A DNA stretch of 31,429 bases from a virus (lineage: Duplodnaviria > Caudoviricetes): positions 1-31,429 of the IMG/VR virus record IMGVR_UViG_3300032194_000027. One strand, 5' to 3'. The position numbers and the translations under genes were made by a program. The notes below the pieces were generated by a model. The model was not told where the DNA came from and did not search any database. It was given only the letters and a program-made list of their open reading frames with translations. Shown in pieces: positions 16,271-24,996 of the stretch (its first letter is position 1; each line of letters opens with the position of its first letter).

Positions 16271-16703
16271 GAGTTATTCTGGAAGATTCCGACCATCAAA
16301 TAGACATAAGTATAAGGGTGATCCTACAAATATTATTTATCGAAGTTTGTGGGAAAGAAAGTTTATGGTATGGTGCGACAAGAATGAAAACGTCTTGGAG
16401 TGGGGAAGTGAAGAGATCGTTATTCCATACATCAGTCCTGTTGACAATCGGGTTCATCGCTATTTCCCCGATTTCTACGTCAGAGCACGAACCAGGAGCG
16501 GAAGGACTCAGAGGTTCATTGTTGAGGTTAAACCGAAGTCGCAGACTGCGCCCCCTAAAAGGAAGGGAAGAGTTACTAGAAAATATCTGAGCGAAGTTAA
16601 GACATATGCTGTCAATGATGCGAAGTGGAAGGCAGCAAGAGAATACTGTAATGATCGCAAAATGGAATTCATGATACTCACCGAAGTAGAATTGAAGGTA
16701 TGA
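16269..16703 (+). CDS. gp4: Head completion protein gp4 (TnsA-like nuclease fold)
   Basis: KYKGDPTNIIYRSLWERKFM, WGSEE, HRYFPDF, VEVKP, NDAKWKAA and ILTE motifs; alternative start at 16260. Confidence 0.93.
   Translation: MSYSGRFRPSNRHKYKGDPTNIIYRSLWERKFMVWCDKNENVLEWGSEEIVIPYISPVDNRVHRYFPDFYVRARTRSGRTQRFIVEVKPKSQTAPPKRKGRVTRKYLSEVKTYAVNDAKWKAAREYCNDRKMEFMILTEVELKV
16334..16341 (-). promoter_or_regulatory. Late promoter for gp48-gp53, inside gp4
   Basis: TATTTATC on + reads GATAAATA on the - strand, about 64 nt upstream of the gp48 start. Confidence 0.7.
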
Positions 16704-17173
16704 GCATCTTTACAGACGTTAAAGATTTAGCAGGAGGCACAAAGCAATCTAAAGAGTGGTATAGGGAGCAGTTAATGTATGGACTGCAGGACTATACTGG
16801 CACTTTTGATGTAGGTGATATCATCCTGTTTTCTTACGGTGCTGCTACAGCAGATAAACTGCCCTTCTATGACAGGTTTCCTATGGTGTTGATCACCGAT
16901 AAGGATACTCAGAATATGCAATTCTCTGGTGGTAACGTCCACTATCTGAGACCTGATGCTAGAAAGTCGATCTGTAAGAATTGGGCAGCAGGAAGTCTTG
17001 CTTATCCGAGGCGGTGTCATCATAAATACTTCATGTCTAATGTATCTGCTGTGAAGACTATCCTTAAGGAAGATCTCACAGACATGACTCCACTACCAAT
17101 TGAGCAGTTTACGATGCCTAGAGTAGGGAGAATGATTGATGTCCCTTCTAGCTTTATTTGGAGTAGACTGTAA
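16700..17173 (+). CDS. gp2-like DNA end protector protein
   Basis: LPFYDRFPMVLI, GGNVHYL, HKY and LPIEQF motifs. Confidence 0.75.
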   Translation: MSIFTDVKDLAGGTKQSKEWYREQLMYGLQDYTGTFDVGDIILFSYGAATADKLPFYDRFPMVLITDKDTQNMQFSGGNVHYLRPDARKSICKNWAAGSLAYPRRCHHKYFMSNVSAVKTILKEDLTDMTPLPIEQFTMPRVGRMIDVPSSFIWSRL

Positions 17174-17919
17174 TGGCATTCAGAGCCGATAATGGTTTCA
17201 CTAGGTTTATGGACCTAGTAGGGTCTGGGCGTCTTGAGCCTGCCAGATCCAACCTTTACGGTATCGAAATCGCTGTCCCTCCTGTGTTGGCAGCAAATGA
17301 TGATAACGTAAGAAGAAACTATCAAAACCATTACGATTACGTCAATGCTCTCGCTGATGATGTGACCATTCCTGGTAGAAGAATTACCACTGGTCAGGTT
17401 AGAAGTGTGGGTGCAATGCGTAGATTCGCTACTGACACTTCATTCTCTGAGATGAGTGTATCTTTTCTTCTTCCTAAGGATCTCTATCATAGAGATATGT
17501 TTGAGAAGTGGATGAATTACACAGCATCAGATGCTGAGAATAGAGTTACCTTCTATAACGAATATACAACCAACATCAGAATTAAGAAGTGGGAAGTTGG
17601 ATCTCCTATTGTATTTGAAGGACGCCTTAATGATGGCAGACAATATGAGCAGAGACTGAATAGAGTCACTGGTGTATGGGAGTTGTATGGTGCATTCCCA
17701 TTTGATATGTCTGCTATTAACGTCAACAATGGTCCTACACAGTTGATCAAACTGGATATCTCCTTCTACTATGAGAGATATAGATTTGATACTGTGGCAG
17801 ATGATGTCATGCCCCATACTAATGCATCAGCTGATAAGACCATCAATACATTTGATGCAACAGCAGAAGCACTTGGATTCTCTACACAACAGGCAGATGT
17901 CTCGCAGTTTGGTGTCTAA
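17173..17919 (+). CDS. Tail-tube family protein (gp54/gp19-like)
   Basis: ARSNLY, VTIPG, MFEKWMN, FYNEY, LYGAFP and LDISFYY motifs typical of T4 tube/initiator proteins. Confidence 0.75.
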   Translation: MAFRADNGFTRFMDLVGSGRLEPARSNLYGIEIAVPPVLAANDDNVRRNYQNHYDYVNALADDVTIPGRRITTGQVRSVGAMRRFATDTSFSEMSVSFLLPKDLYHRDMFEKWMNYTASDAENRVTFYNEYTTNIRIKKWEVGSPIVFEGRLNDGRQYEQRLNRVTGVWELYGAFPFDMSAINVNNGPTQLIKLDISFYYERYRFDTVADDVMPHTNASADKTINTFDATAEALGFSTQQADVSQFGV

Positions 17920-17922
17920 ATA
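17915..17922 (+). promoter_or_regulatory. Late promoter variant
   Basis: TCTAAATA overlapping the TAA stop, 22 nt before the gp26 ATG. Confidence 0.6.
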
Positions 17923-17944
17923 ATTCCAACTGTAATGGAATATC

Positions 17945-18649
17945 ATGCCTTTACCCAAACTTGCAATTCCTGAATATGAATTGACAATGCCCCTCTCGGG
18001 CACCAAAGTCGCATACCGTCCATTTCTGGTCAAGGAAGAGAAGTTGCTGTATCTGGCAATGGAATCTCAGAATGACAAAGAGATGATCAAAGCGGTTAAG
18101 ACTATCATCAAAAACTGCACTAACCTGAAGAATAAGGTTGAAGATCTCGCTACCTTTGAGATTGAATATATCTTCCTGAAGATTCGTGGCAAGGCAGTTG
18201 GTGAGGTCAGTGAATTTAAGGTCACCTGCCCTGATGATGAAGAGACTCAAGTTGAAGTCAGTGTCCCCCTGGACATGGTTGATGTTGTAGTCCCTGAAAA
18301 TCACAAGCAGAAGATCAAACTTGACAATAAAGTTGGTGTTGTGATGAAGTATCCTTCCCTGGAAGTCTTCGTCAACCAGAATATGTCAGACAATCCTTCT
18401 ATGGATGATGTCTTCAAACTTGCTGCCAGCTGCATCGGTCAAGTATATGATGATGAAGAAGTATATGACTCCTTCACCACTAAGGAAGCATTGGAGTTTC
18501 TAGAGAATCTTAACTCTGAGCAATTTGCAAAGATTCAAGAATTCTTTGAGACAATGCCCAAACTGCAGTATACCTTACCTATCAACAATCCCAAAACTGG
18601 TGTTACCAGTGAGATTGTGCTTGAGGGTCTCGCATCTTTTTTCGAGTAG
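17945..18649 (+). CDS. gp26: Baseplate hub assembly protein gp26
   Basis: MPLPKL..PEYEL, YRPFLVKEEKLL, FEIEYIFLKIRGKAVGE, MKYPS and FFETMPKL motifs. Confidence 0.9.
   Translation: MPLPKLAIPEYELTMPLSGTKVAYRPFLVKEEKLLYLAMESQNDKEMIKAVKTIIKNCTNLKNKVEDLATFEIEYIFLKIRGKAVGEVSEFKVTCPDDEETQVEVSVPLDMVDVVVPENHKQKIKLDNKVGVVMKYPSLEVFVNQNMSDNPSMDDVFKLAASCIGQVYDDEEVYDSFTTKEALEFLENLNSEQFAKIQEFFETMPKLQYTLPINNPKTGVTSEIVLEGLASFFE
18637..18643 (+). other. Candidate -1 ribosomal frameshift heptamer T TTT TTC
   Basis: X XXY YYZ in the gp26 frame, one codon before the stop; the -1 frame is open into gp51. Confidence 0.6.
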
Positions 18650-18654
18650 CCCTA

Positions 18655-18840
18655 ATGCATAATAGTCTTGAAAACTATTACAAGACTAATTTTGCACTTG
18701 CACAACACCACAAGTATTCTCTAACTGAAATTGAGAATCTTATGCCGTGGGAAAGAGATGTATATGTGAATCTCCTATTAGCATACATTGCTGAAGAGGA
18801 AAGACGGCAATCCGCAGAGAAAAATCGTATGTCTCTCTAA
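18655..18840 (+). CDS. gp51: gp51-like hub assembly protein (possibly the C-terminal part of a gp26 fusion)
   Basis: LENYYKTNFALAQHHKYSLTEIENLMPWERDVYV motif. Confidence 0.85.
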   Translation: MHNSLENYYKTNFALAQHHKYSLTEIENLMPWERDVYVNLLLAYIAEEERRQSAEKNRMSL

Positions 18841-21800
18841 TGGCTGCTATCCGTAGTTTCGTCAAAATCAAACCAACCGCCGTAAAGTCTCCCGTAGGTA
18901 AAAACCTTCAGGAGCTTCGGAAGGGCATCAATCGTACTGGTGTTGCGGTCCAAGGTATTGGCGTCAATCTGGATCAAGCGAGAAAGTTAATCGAGTTTGA
19001 AAGAGAGTTTCTCAAGACAAACACTCAAGAGCAGATCACAGAGGTCAAAGAAGAGCGCAAGGAGAAACTAACCTTCGGCGCTAAGATGAAGAAGTTTGCT
19101 AAGAAACTCTTCCAGAGAGATAAGAGAGACGATTCTGAGGAGCAGGCAGAAAAGGGCGTAGACGACGCACAGGAAGATAAGAAGAAAATAGCAGAGAAAG
19201 TCAAGAAACCAGTCAAGGGTTTCTTACAGGCACTTGCTGGTATTCTTGGCACTGTTGCCAAATACTTTATCATGTTTGGTGTCTTGGATGTCATGGAGAA
19301 GAATCCAGAGGCATTCGTTAAAGTATTCAAATTAGCATTTGCTATTGGCAAGTTTGCATTCAATCTTGTCAAATTTGGTGTCGGTGGGATCATGGATGGT
19401 CTCACAAATATGTTTGGTGACTTCAGTGATCTAAACGAGGGTAAGGTAGGGAGAGGACTGAGATTCCTTCTCGGTGCATTCCAAGTCCTTGGTGGATTTG
19501 CTACACTTAGGGCAGCACAGTATATCCTGATGCCTTGGAAGTTGATGCAGGACATCAACTGGGTCAAGGGTATATTTAATTCATCAAAGCAAGCAGGTGT
19601 AGACCCCAACGCTAGACCACCTAGAGGTGTTAGATCTAGCAACGCATCCAAGGCAGCGAGACAGAGATATGCTCGCCGTTATGGCGGCAAGGCAGCAAAG
19701 AATAGATTCGCAACCAGAGTCACTGGACGAGCATCCTTCAAAGGATCGACGACTCTAGGTCGCATGGGTCGTGGCATGATGAGTATGAAGGGTATGGCAG
19801 GAATGTCCATACTCGGTGGTGGTGCTCGTATTGCAGCAGGTCTGTCTAGTGGTGAGGGTGCAGGCACAGCGGTTGGTGCTGGTGTTGGACAAGCAGTCGG
19901 TGGTGTCGCTGGTGCTGCTGCTCTGACAGCAGTTGCTCCCTGGTTGGGACCCCTGGCACCTATGATTGGTAGTGCCGTTGGTGGTTTCCTGGGTGAATGG
20001 TTAGGTAAGTCTATTGGACCCATCATCGAGCCCATCATGGGTCCTATCGGTGAATTCTTTAAGATGTCCTTTGATGTCATCAAGGATGCCTTGATGCCCA
20101 TCTTTGAGCCCATGAAAGAGATGTTTGGGGCACTCTTTGGATTCTTGGGTGGGATGATTGAGCTCATCCTAGATGGAGCGAAAATCCTTGGTGACTTTAT
20201 CGGTTTCATTGTTGGTGGCACCATGGATGTCATCGGCAAGACAATCCAGTTTGTTATTAGTAATGCCAAAAGATTGATGAATCCTGCCAGCGTGGGTGCT
20301 GGATTCTTGGATGCATTGACATTTGGTATGACTGACTTTGATGGTATGGGTCGAGCAGCGGGTGGTATGGTTGGTCCACCACCTCCAGTTGGTCCTCAGA
20401 GAGAGATTGATAAACTCAAGGTGACACTACTTGAGTTAATTACAAACACTGATGATAAGAGTCTTCTTGGTATCTTAAATAAGGGTGTGCAGACTATCAA
20501 GCGAATGCTTGGTATGAAGGCATCTAAGACTCCTCCCCCTGCACAATCTGCAGCACAACCTACTTCTAGTCCTGGTGCTCCTCCACCAGTATCTAATGCA
20601 TCGTCTGGAGCATCGTCTCAGTCTGGTAACGCTAGAGCACTGCTGAATGCTATCGCTGATGCTGAGGGCACTTCGCAATATGCTAATGATGGATATAAGA
20701 CGCAGTATACAGGAAAGCAATTTAGTGGCACAGAGCATCCTAGAGAAGTCCTTGGGACAAGTCTGAGGTCTGATGCTGCTGGTAGATATCAATTCTTGTC
20801 TACCACCTGGGATGAGATCATGGGTGGTGAAATGACTAACTCCAGACAGGATGATGCAGCACTTAAACTCATCAAACGTCGTGGTGTCAATATTGATGAT
20901 GGGTTGTCCATCAATGAGATCTATCGCCTTGGTGGTGAGTGGGCATCCATTGAGGGTGGTCCTGAGATGCGTAAAGGTGGTGGATACGGTGGGCAAGCAA
21001 AATACTCTGCTGAAACATTCATGCAGATGTATGTAAAGTATGGTGGTAAGCAGGCAGCTGCAGAGGGTGGCAAGATCATTCAAGATGTGCCCTACATCAA
21101 CCAGAGAGCAAACAAGGCAGACAAGTATGGTCGCCCTGGTGATACTCAGTGCTATTCAACTACAATGGCAATGTGGGTAGCACAACTCACTGGCAAACCC
21201 ATGACTGCTGAGGATTATAATAAGGTCCGCAGTGAATATGGCATCTCTACAGAAGCATATCCTCAGAAAAAAGCACTTGCTGACTTTGGTATTGCATCAT
21301 CTCTGCAAACTGGGATGAGTTGGCAAGCACTCCGTGATGAGATTCAGGCAGGATATCCTGTGCCCGTTGGATTCAAATATAAAGGATCGGGTCACTGGGG
21401 TATGGTTGTTGGCATGAAGGATGATGGATTCGTAGTCCATGATCCATTTGGACAACTAGGTTTTGGTGGCACCTGGAAGAAGACCAACAGTGCTGGTAAC
21501 AAGACTGATGGTCCTGGTAAGTATTACTTCATGGACAAGAATCTCTTCCAGAATCAGTTGCCTGATGGTGATGTCTGGATGTGGAAAGCACCTAGATCTG
21601 TCAGACCATCTAAGAAACTTGGTGATGTTAAGACACAAGGTGAGGGATCATCCCCTCAGACGGGATCTGATAATGCAGCAACTCCAGATGGACAGACTCA
21701 ATCCACTACAGAGTCTAAACCACAGACTCTAGAGCAGGCAATGGATGCTCTCGTCAAGGGATTCGAGACCACCTTCAGAGATGCCTTTGCTAAGGGTATT

Positions 21801-22109
21801 GGCATGAGTGGTAGTGGTGAGGCATCTTTGCGTGCTGGTATGAGTCGTGCTCGTGGAGCAGCAGCAGAGAGTGCTATCAAGCAAAGAGCAACAATCTCCC
21901 AGATTGCACCTGAGGTGACTGCTGGTAACCTGTATTCAGTCCAACGCAAGTCTAAAGAGCAGGCACAGCGTAAGAAGGATCAGGAGATGACACCAGCGGT
22001 GGTGCCTATTCTGAAGCAGCAAACTGCTGTCCAACATGTAATAAATAATCAAGGTGGAGGACCTCAGGTCGTCTGGACTAAGCCCTCTCCCATGGTCGCC
22101 CCCTTCTAA
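18840..22109 (+). CDS. Tape-measure-like virion protein with lysozyme-like and C39-like peptidase domains
   Basis: Coiled-coil N-terminus and Gly/Ala-rich amphipathic helices; ALLNAIADAEGT...AAGRYQFLSTTW...EWAS; VPYINQ...QC...GHW...VHDP. Confidence 0.8.
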   Translation: MAAIRSFVKIKPTAVKSPVGKNLQELRKGINRTGVAVQGIGVNLDQARKLIEFEREFLKTNTQEQITEVKEERKEKLTFGAKMKKFAKKLFQRDKRDDSEEQAEKGVDDAQEDKKKIAEKVKKPVKGFLQALAGILGTVAKYFIMFGVLDVMEKNPEAFVKVFKLAFAIGKFAFNLVKFGVGGIMDGLTNMFGDFSDLNEGKVGRGLRFLLGAFQVLGGFATLRAAQYILMPWKLMQDINWVKGIFNSSKQAGVDPNARPPRGVRSSNASKAARQRYARRYGGKAAKNRFATRVTGRASFKGSTTLGRMGRGMMSMKGMAGMSILGGGARIAAGLSSGEGAGTAVGAGVGQAVGGVAGAAALTAVAPWLGPLAPMIGSAVGGFLGEWLGKSIGPIIEPIMGPIGEFFKMSFDVIKDALMPIFEPMKEMFGALFGFLGGMIELILDGAKILGDFIGFIVGGTMDVIGKTIQFVISNAKRLMNPASVGAGFLDALTFGMTDFDGMGRAAGGMVGPPPPVGPQREIDKLKVTLLELITNTDDKSLLGILNKGVQTIKRMLGMKASKTPPPAQSAAQPTSSPGAPPPVSNASSGASSQSGNARALLNAIADAEGTSQYANDGYKTQYTGKQFSGTEHPREVLGTSLRSDAAGRYQFLSTTWDEIMGGEMTNSRQDDAALKLIKRRGVNIDDGLSINEIYRLGGEWASIEGGPEMRKGGGYGGQAKYSAETFMQMYVKYGGKQAAAEGGKIIQDVPYINQRANKADKYGRPGDTQCYSTTMAMWVAQLTGKPMTAEDYNKVRSEYGISTEAYPQKKALADFGIASSLQTGMSWQALRDEIQAGYPVPVGFKYKGSGHWGMVVGMKDDGFVVHDPFGQLGFGGTWKKTNSAGNKTDGPGKYYFMDKNLFQNQLPDGDVWMWKAPRSVRPSKKLGDVKTQGEGSSPQTGSDNAATPDGQTQSTTESKPQTLEQAMDALVKGFETTFRDAFAKGIGMSGSGEASLRAGMSRARGAAAESAIKQRATISQIAPEVTAGNLYSVQRKSKEQAQRKKDQEMTPAVVPILKQQTAVQHVINNQGGGPQVVWTKPSPMVAPF
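22040..22047 (+). promoter_or_regulatory. Late promoter
   Basis: AATAAATA about 65 nt upstream of ATG 22113. Confidence 0.6.
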
Positions 22110-22112
22110 TAA

Positions 22113-24995
22113 ATGGCAGAAGCTAAACAAGTCAAGATCCCGAAGGCAAAACTTTATAAGATGGTATCTTATAAGGGATCTGTTGGCTCGGGTGGATCTA
22201 AATACACTCCACTCACTGCTGCTAAGGCAATGGGTGATGTGCAGGTCAGTGTTAAGAGTCTGATCTCAGGTATTAACTCTCTGGGTGCAACGCTGAATAG
22301 TGTTGCTCTGACCACAGAGAAACTTGCAGAGTCAATGGCAGCATCTGTCAACTCTCAGATTAGGAATCAAAGTAACCTTGCGAAAACAGAAGGTAAGATT
22401 CGTGCTGATGAGAAGAAAGACAAAGCAAAAGAATTAACTGATAAGAAGAAGCAACAGGCACGAGAGCTCCGTGATGCAGCGGAGGCTAAGACTAAGAAGA
22501 AACCTGGGAAATTTCAGGTTATCCGTAAAGAATTCAAAGAGCAAACTAAGAAAGCGTTTGGTGGTCTCTTCGGTGCTCTCGCTAGGCTCGCTGGATTCTT
22601 TCTCAAATACTTTGTCATCTTCGGTCTTCTGGACTGGTTATCAAAGAATCCAGAAAAAGTCCAACGACTTGCGAAGGGACTCGCCGCCCTTGGTAAATTC
22701 ATTTTCAAAGTTTCCAGCTTTCTCGTCGGATCCGCTTTCGATGGACTCACCAAGTTTCTGGAGAATCCTATTAGTCTGAAGGGATTCTTTGGTGCTGTCC
22801 AGTTTGTATTGTCTGCCGCCCCACTATTCATTGGGATGGCATTCCTTAGGAATCCAAAAGCTACCGTATCGGCAGTATTCTCACTGCTGAAACTCATCGG
22901 TGGTGGCATGATGAATATGCTGAAGGCAGGTAAAGCTGTCTTTGGTGGTAAGTTTGGTAAGGTCGCTGGCGTCCTTGGTGCAGGCACTGCTACCGCCATG
23001 GCGATCAAAGCAACTGGTGGTAGTGATGCAGAAGCAATTGGTGGTGGCGTTGGCGCTGGTGCTGGCACCGCTATTGGTCAGGCATTAGGTAGTAAGTTTG
23101 GTCCTGCTGGATCAGCAATCGGTGGTGCTGTCGGCGGTCTTACTGGTGGTGCTATTGGTAAGACAATTGGTCCCATGCTGGAGCCTCTTGTCAAACCCCT
23201 TGGCGACTTCTTCAAGCAGGTTGGCGATGTCTTCATGGCAGTAATTGAGCCATTGAAGAAAAACTCTGAAGAATTCTTCAAGGCGCTTGGAGGATTCATG
23301 AGTGGCATGTTGGAGGCGGTTAAACCCCACTTGCCATTTATCAAGAAGATCGTCGGTATTGGATTCCAAGTTGCATTCGCACCCCTGCTGCTGGGTATGA
23401 AGGCACTGACTGCTGTCCTGAAATTCTTCACCCCTAAAAATGATGGCGGTGATGGAGTAGAAGGTAAAGCAGCAGGTGGTAAAGTTAGAGCACCTGTAAC
23501 CCTCCCACAAGCATCTGCTGGCGGAGAGATGATGACTCATGCACGGAATTTCATTCGTCGTGAAGAATCATTCTATACCGAGTTAATTGATGCCTTGATG
23601 AAACCTGACGGCATCGTTTCATTGTTGAAAGAGACAATGGGTATCATCATGGAGGTTGCTAAGAATCCTGTGGGTGCTGCCCTTAAGGTTGGTGGCAGTC
23701 TGCTTGGTAGTGCCTGGAATGCAGTAACAGGATTCTTTGGATTCTCTCAGGGTGGACAAGTCCCTGGAGAAGGATTCGCTCGTGGTGGGTGGATCTCTGG
23801 TCCTCAGAGTGGATATCCTGTATCACTGGATGGTGGTAGATCTACAGCATTCATTGGTCATGGCACAGAGTGGGTAGGTTACAAAGGATTTGCTAAAGGT
23901 GGTGCATTCGTTGTCCCATTTGATACTCCTGCAACTAGAAAATCTCCTGGTCTGACAGGTCTGAGGATGCGTCAGGCAGCAGCAGGTGGATATGGTATGC
24001 CTGGTTTCTCTATGGGTGGTGCGATGAGACCTACCCTCAAGGGATATGCAGAGGGTGGTAAGGTCAAGTTTAGTCCCACAGAGTATAACAAGGACTCAAT
24101 CAGCAGCGACAAGGTGACTGTCGGTGATAAGAGTTATATCTTACGTTATAAAGAGGATGCTGGTAATGTCACCATGCTCCAGATGAATAAGATTGTCAGT
24201 GACAACTTCTGGAAACCTGATGATTTGACTGGTGTCAATCCCACATCTGCTGAATGGAAAGCAGTGATGGAGTCAGAAGCATGGAAGAAATACCTTGCTA
24301 AGAAGCATGGTAAGTATAACCGTCAATCGAAATCTCATAAGTATAATCTGAAGAAGATGACCACTGCTAAGCAAGCAGAGATCGCATTCTTCTACAATAG
24401 ATCATATCAAGACAATTATAACGCCTGGAAGAAGCAAGGTGTTACTGATGAGCAGGCAAGAGCATATGCTGCCCGCGCTGCCCAAGAGTTTGCACTGACT
24501 ACTAAAGATTCTCAGGGTGAAACAATCACTGCACTTCCTGGTGCAAAGGATGATGTAACTGGTGAGACTCTTGCTGGGGTGGCACCTGAGTCAATGAAGG
24601 AAGTGGAAGTCACACCACCTGATAGCAGTGATGGTAAGGATTCTGGGACTAAGAAGGGTGGCATGGACCTTGCGATGGAGGGTCTGGAGAAAGCACTGGG
24701 TCAATTCGGTAGCATGATGGCAGATGCTGAGCACGCTCCTGGTGCCAAGATCAATGAAGCAAAACTGAAGGAGGAAGAAGACAAAAACAAGATGTTTACT
24801 GAGGCATTCCAACTTGCTGGTAGTGGCACAACGTTTGCTGAGGCACTCAATATGCCACCAATCAGTGTGGGATCTGCTGGTGAGGAGCAACCTATTGTTA
24901 TTCCTAACTGGAAACCTCAAGAAGCAGAGCCTTTCCTCTCTCCCAAGTTTGGTCTGGTTGCAGACTTTAGAAACGACATGACAGACCTGATGTAA
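22113..24995 (+). CDS. Second tape-measure-like virion protein, paralog of the upstream gene
   Basis: Same N-terminal architecture (KYFVIFGLLDWLSKNPE; glycine-zipper; IGPMLEP..PLGDFFK); ARGGWISGPQSGYPV and GHGTEWV motifs. Confidence 0.75.
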   Translation: MAEAKQVKIPKAKLYKMVSYKGSVGSGGSKYTPLTAAKAMGDVQVSVKSLISGINSLGATLNSVALTTEKLAESMAASVNSQIRNQSNLAKTEGKIRADEKKDKAKELTDKKKQQARELRDAAEAKTKKKPGKFQVIRKEFKEQTKKAFGGLFGALARLAGFFLKYFVIFGLLDWLSKNPEKVQRLAKGLAALGKFIFKVSSFLVGSAFDGLTKFLENPISLKGFFGAVQFVLSAAPLFIGMAFLRNPKATVSAVFSLLKLIGGGMMNMLKAGKAVFGGKFGKVAGVLGAGTATAMAIKATGGSDAEAIGGGVGAGAGTAIGQALGSKFGPAGSAIGGAVGGLTGGAIGKTIGPMLEPLVKPLGDFFKQVGDVFMAVIEPLKKNSEEFFKALGGFMSGMLEAVKPHLPFIKKIVGIGFQVAFAPLLLGMKALTAVLKFFTPKNDGGDGVEGKAAGGKVRAPVTLPQASAGGEMMTHARNFIRREESFYTELIDALMKPDGIVSLLKETMGIIMEVAKNPVGAALKVGGSLLGSAWNAVTGFFGFSQGGQVPGEGFARGGWISGPQSGYPVSLDGGRSTAFIGHGTEWVGYKGFAKGGAFVVPFDTPATRKSPGLTGLRMRQAAAGGYGMPGFSMGGAMRPTLKGYAEGGKVKFSPTEYNKDSISSDKVTVGDKSYILRYKEDAGNVTMLQMNKIVSDNFWKPDDLTGVNPTSAEWKAVMESEAWKKYLAKKHGKYNRQSKSHKYNLKKMTTAKQAEIAFFYNRSYQDNYNAWKKQGVTDEQARAYAARAAQEFALTTKDSQGETITALPGAKDDVTGETLAGVAPESMKEVEVTPPDSSDGKDSGTKKGGMDLAMEGLEKALGQFGSMMADAEHAPGAKINEAKLKEEEDKNKMFTEAFQLAGSGTTFAEALNMPPISVGSAGEEQPIVIPNWKPQEAEPFLSPKFGLVADFRNDMTDLM

Positions 24996-24996
24996 A

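Noticed and set aside
16269-16703. TnsA-like nuclease as a transposon gene
   Set aside because: Motifs and context match T4 gp4 head completion protein; no transposase partners or terminal repeats.
19025-23540. Long antisense ORFs (e.g. 19025-19651, 19679-20269, 20475-21083, 22514-23068) opposite the tape-measure-like genes
   Set aside because: Shadow ORFs produced by Gly/Ala-rich codon bias on the sense strand; no motifs or expression signals.
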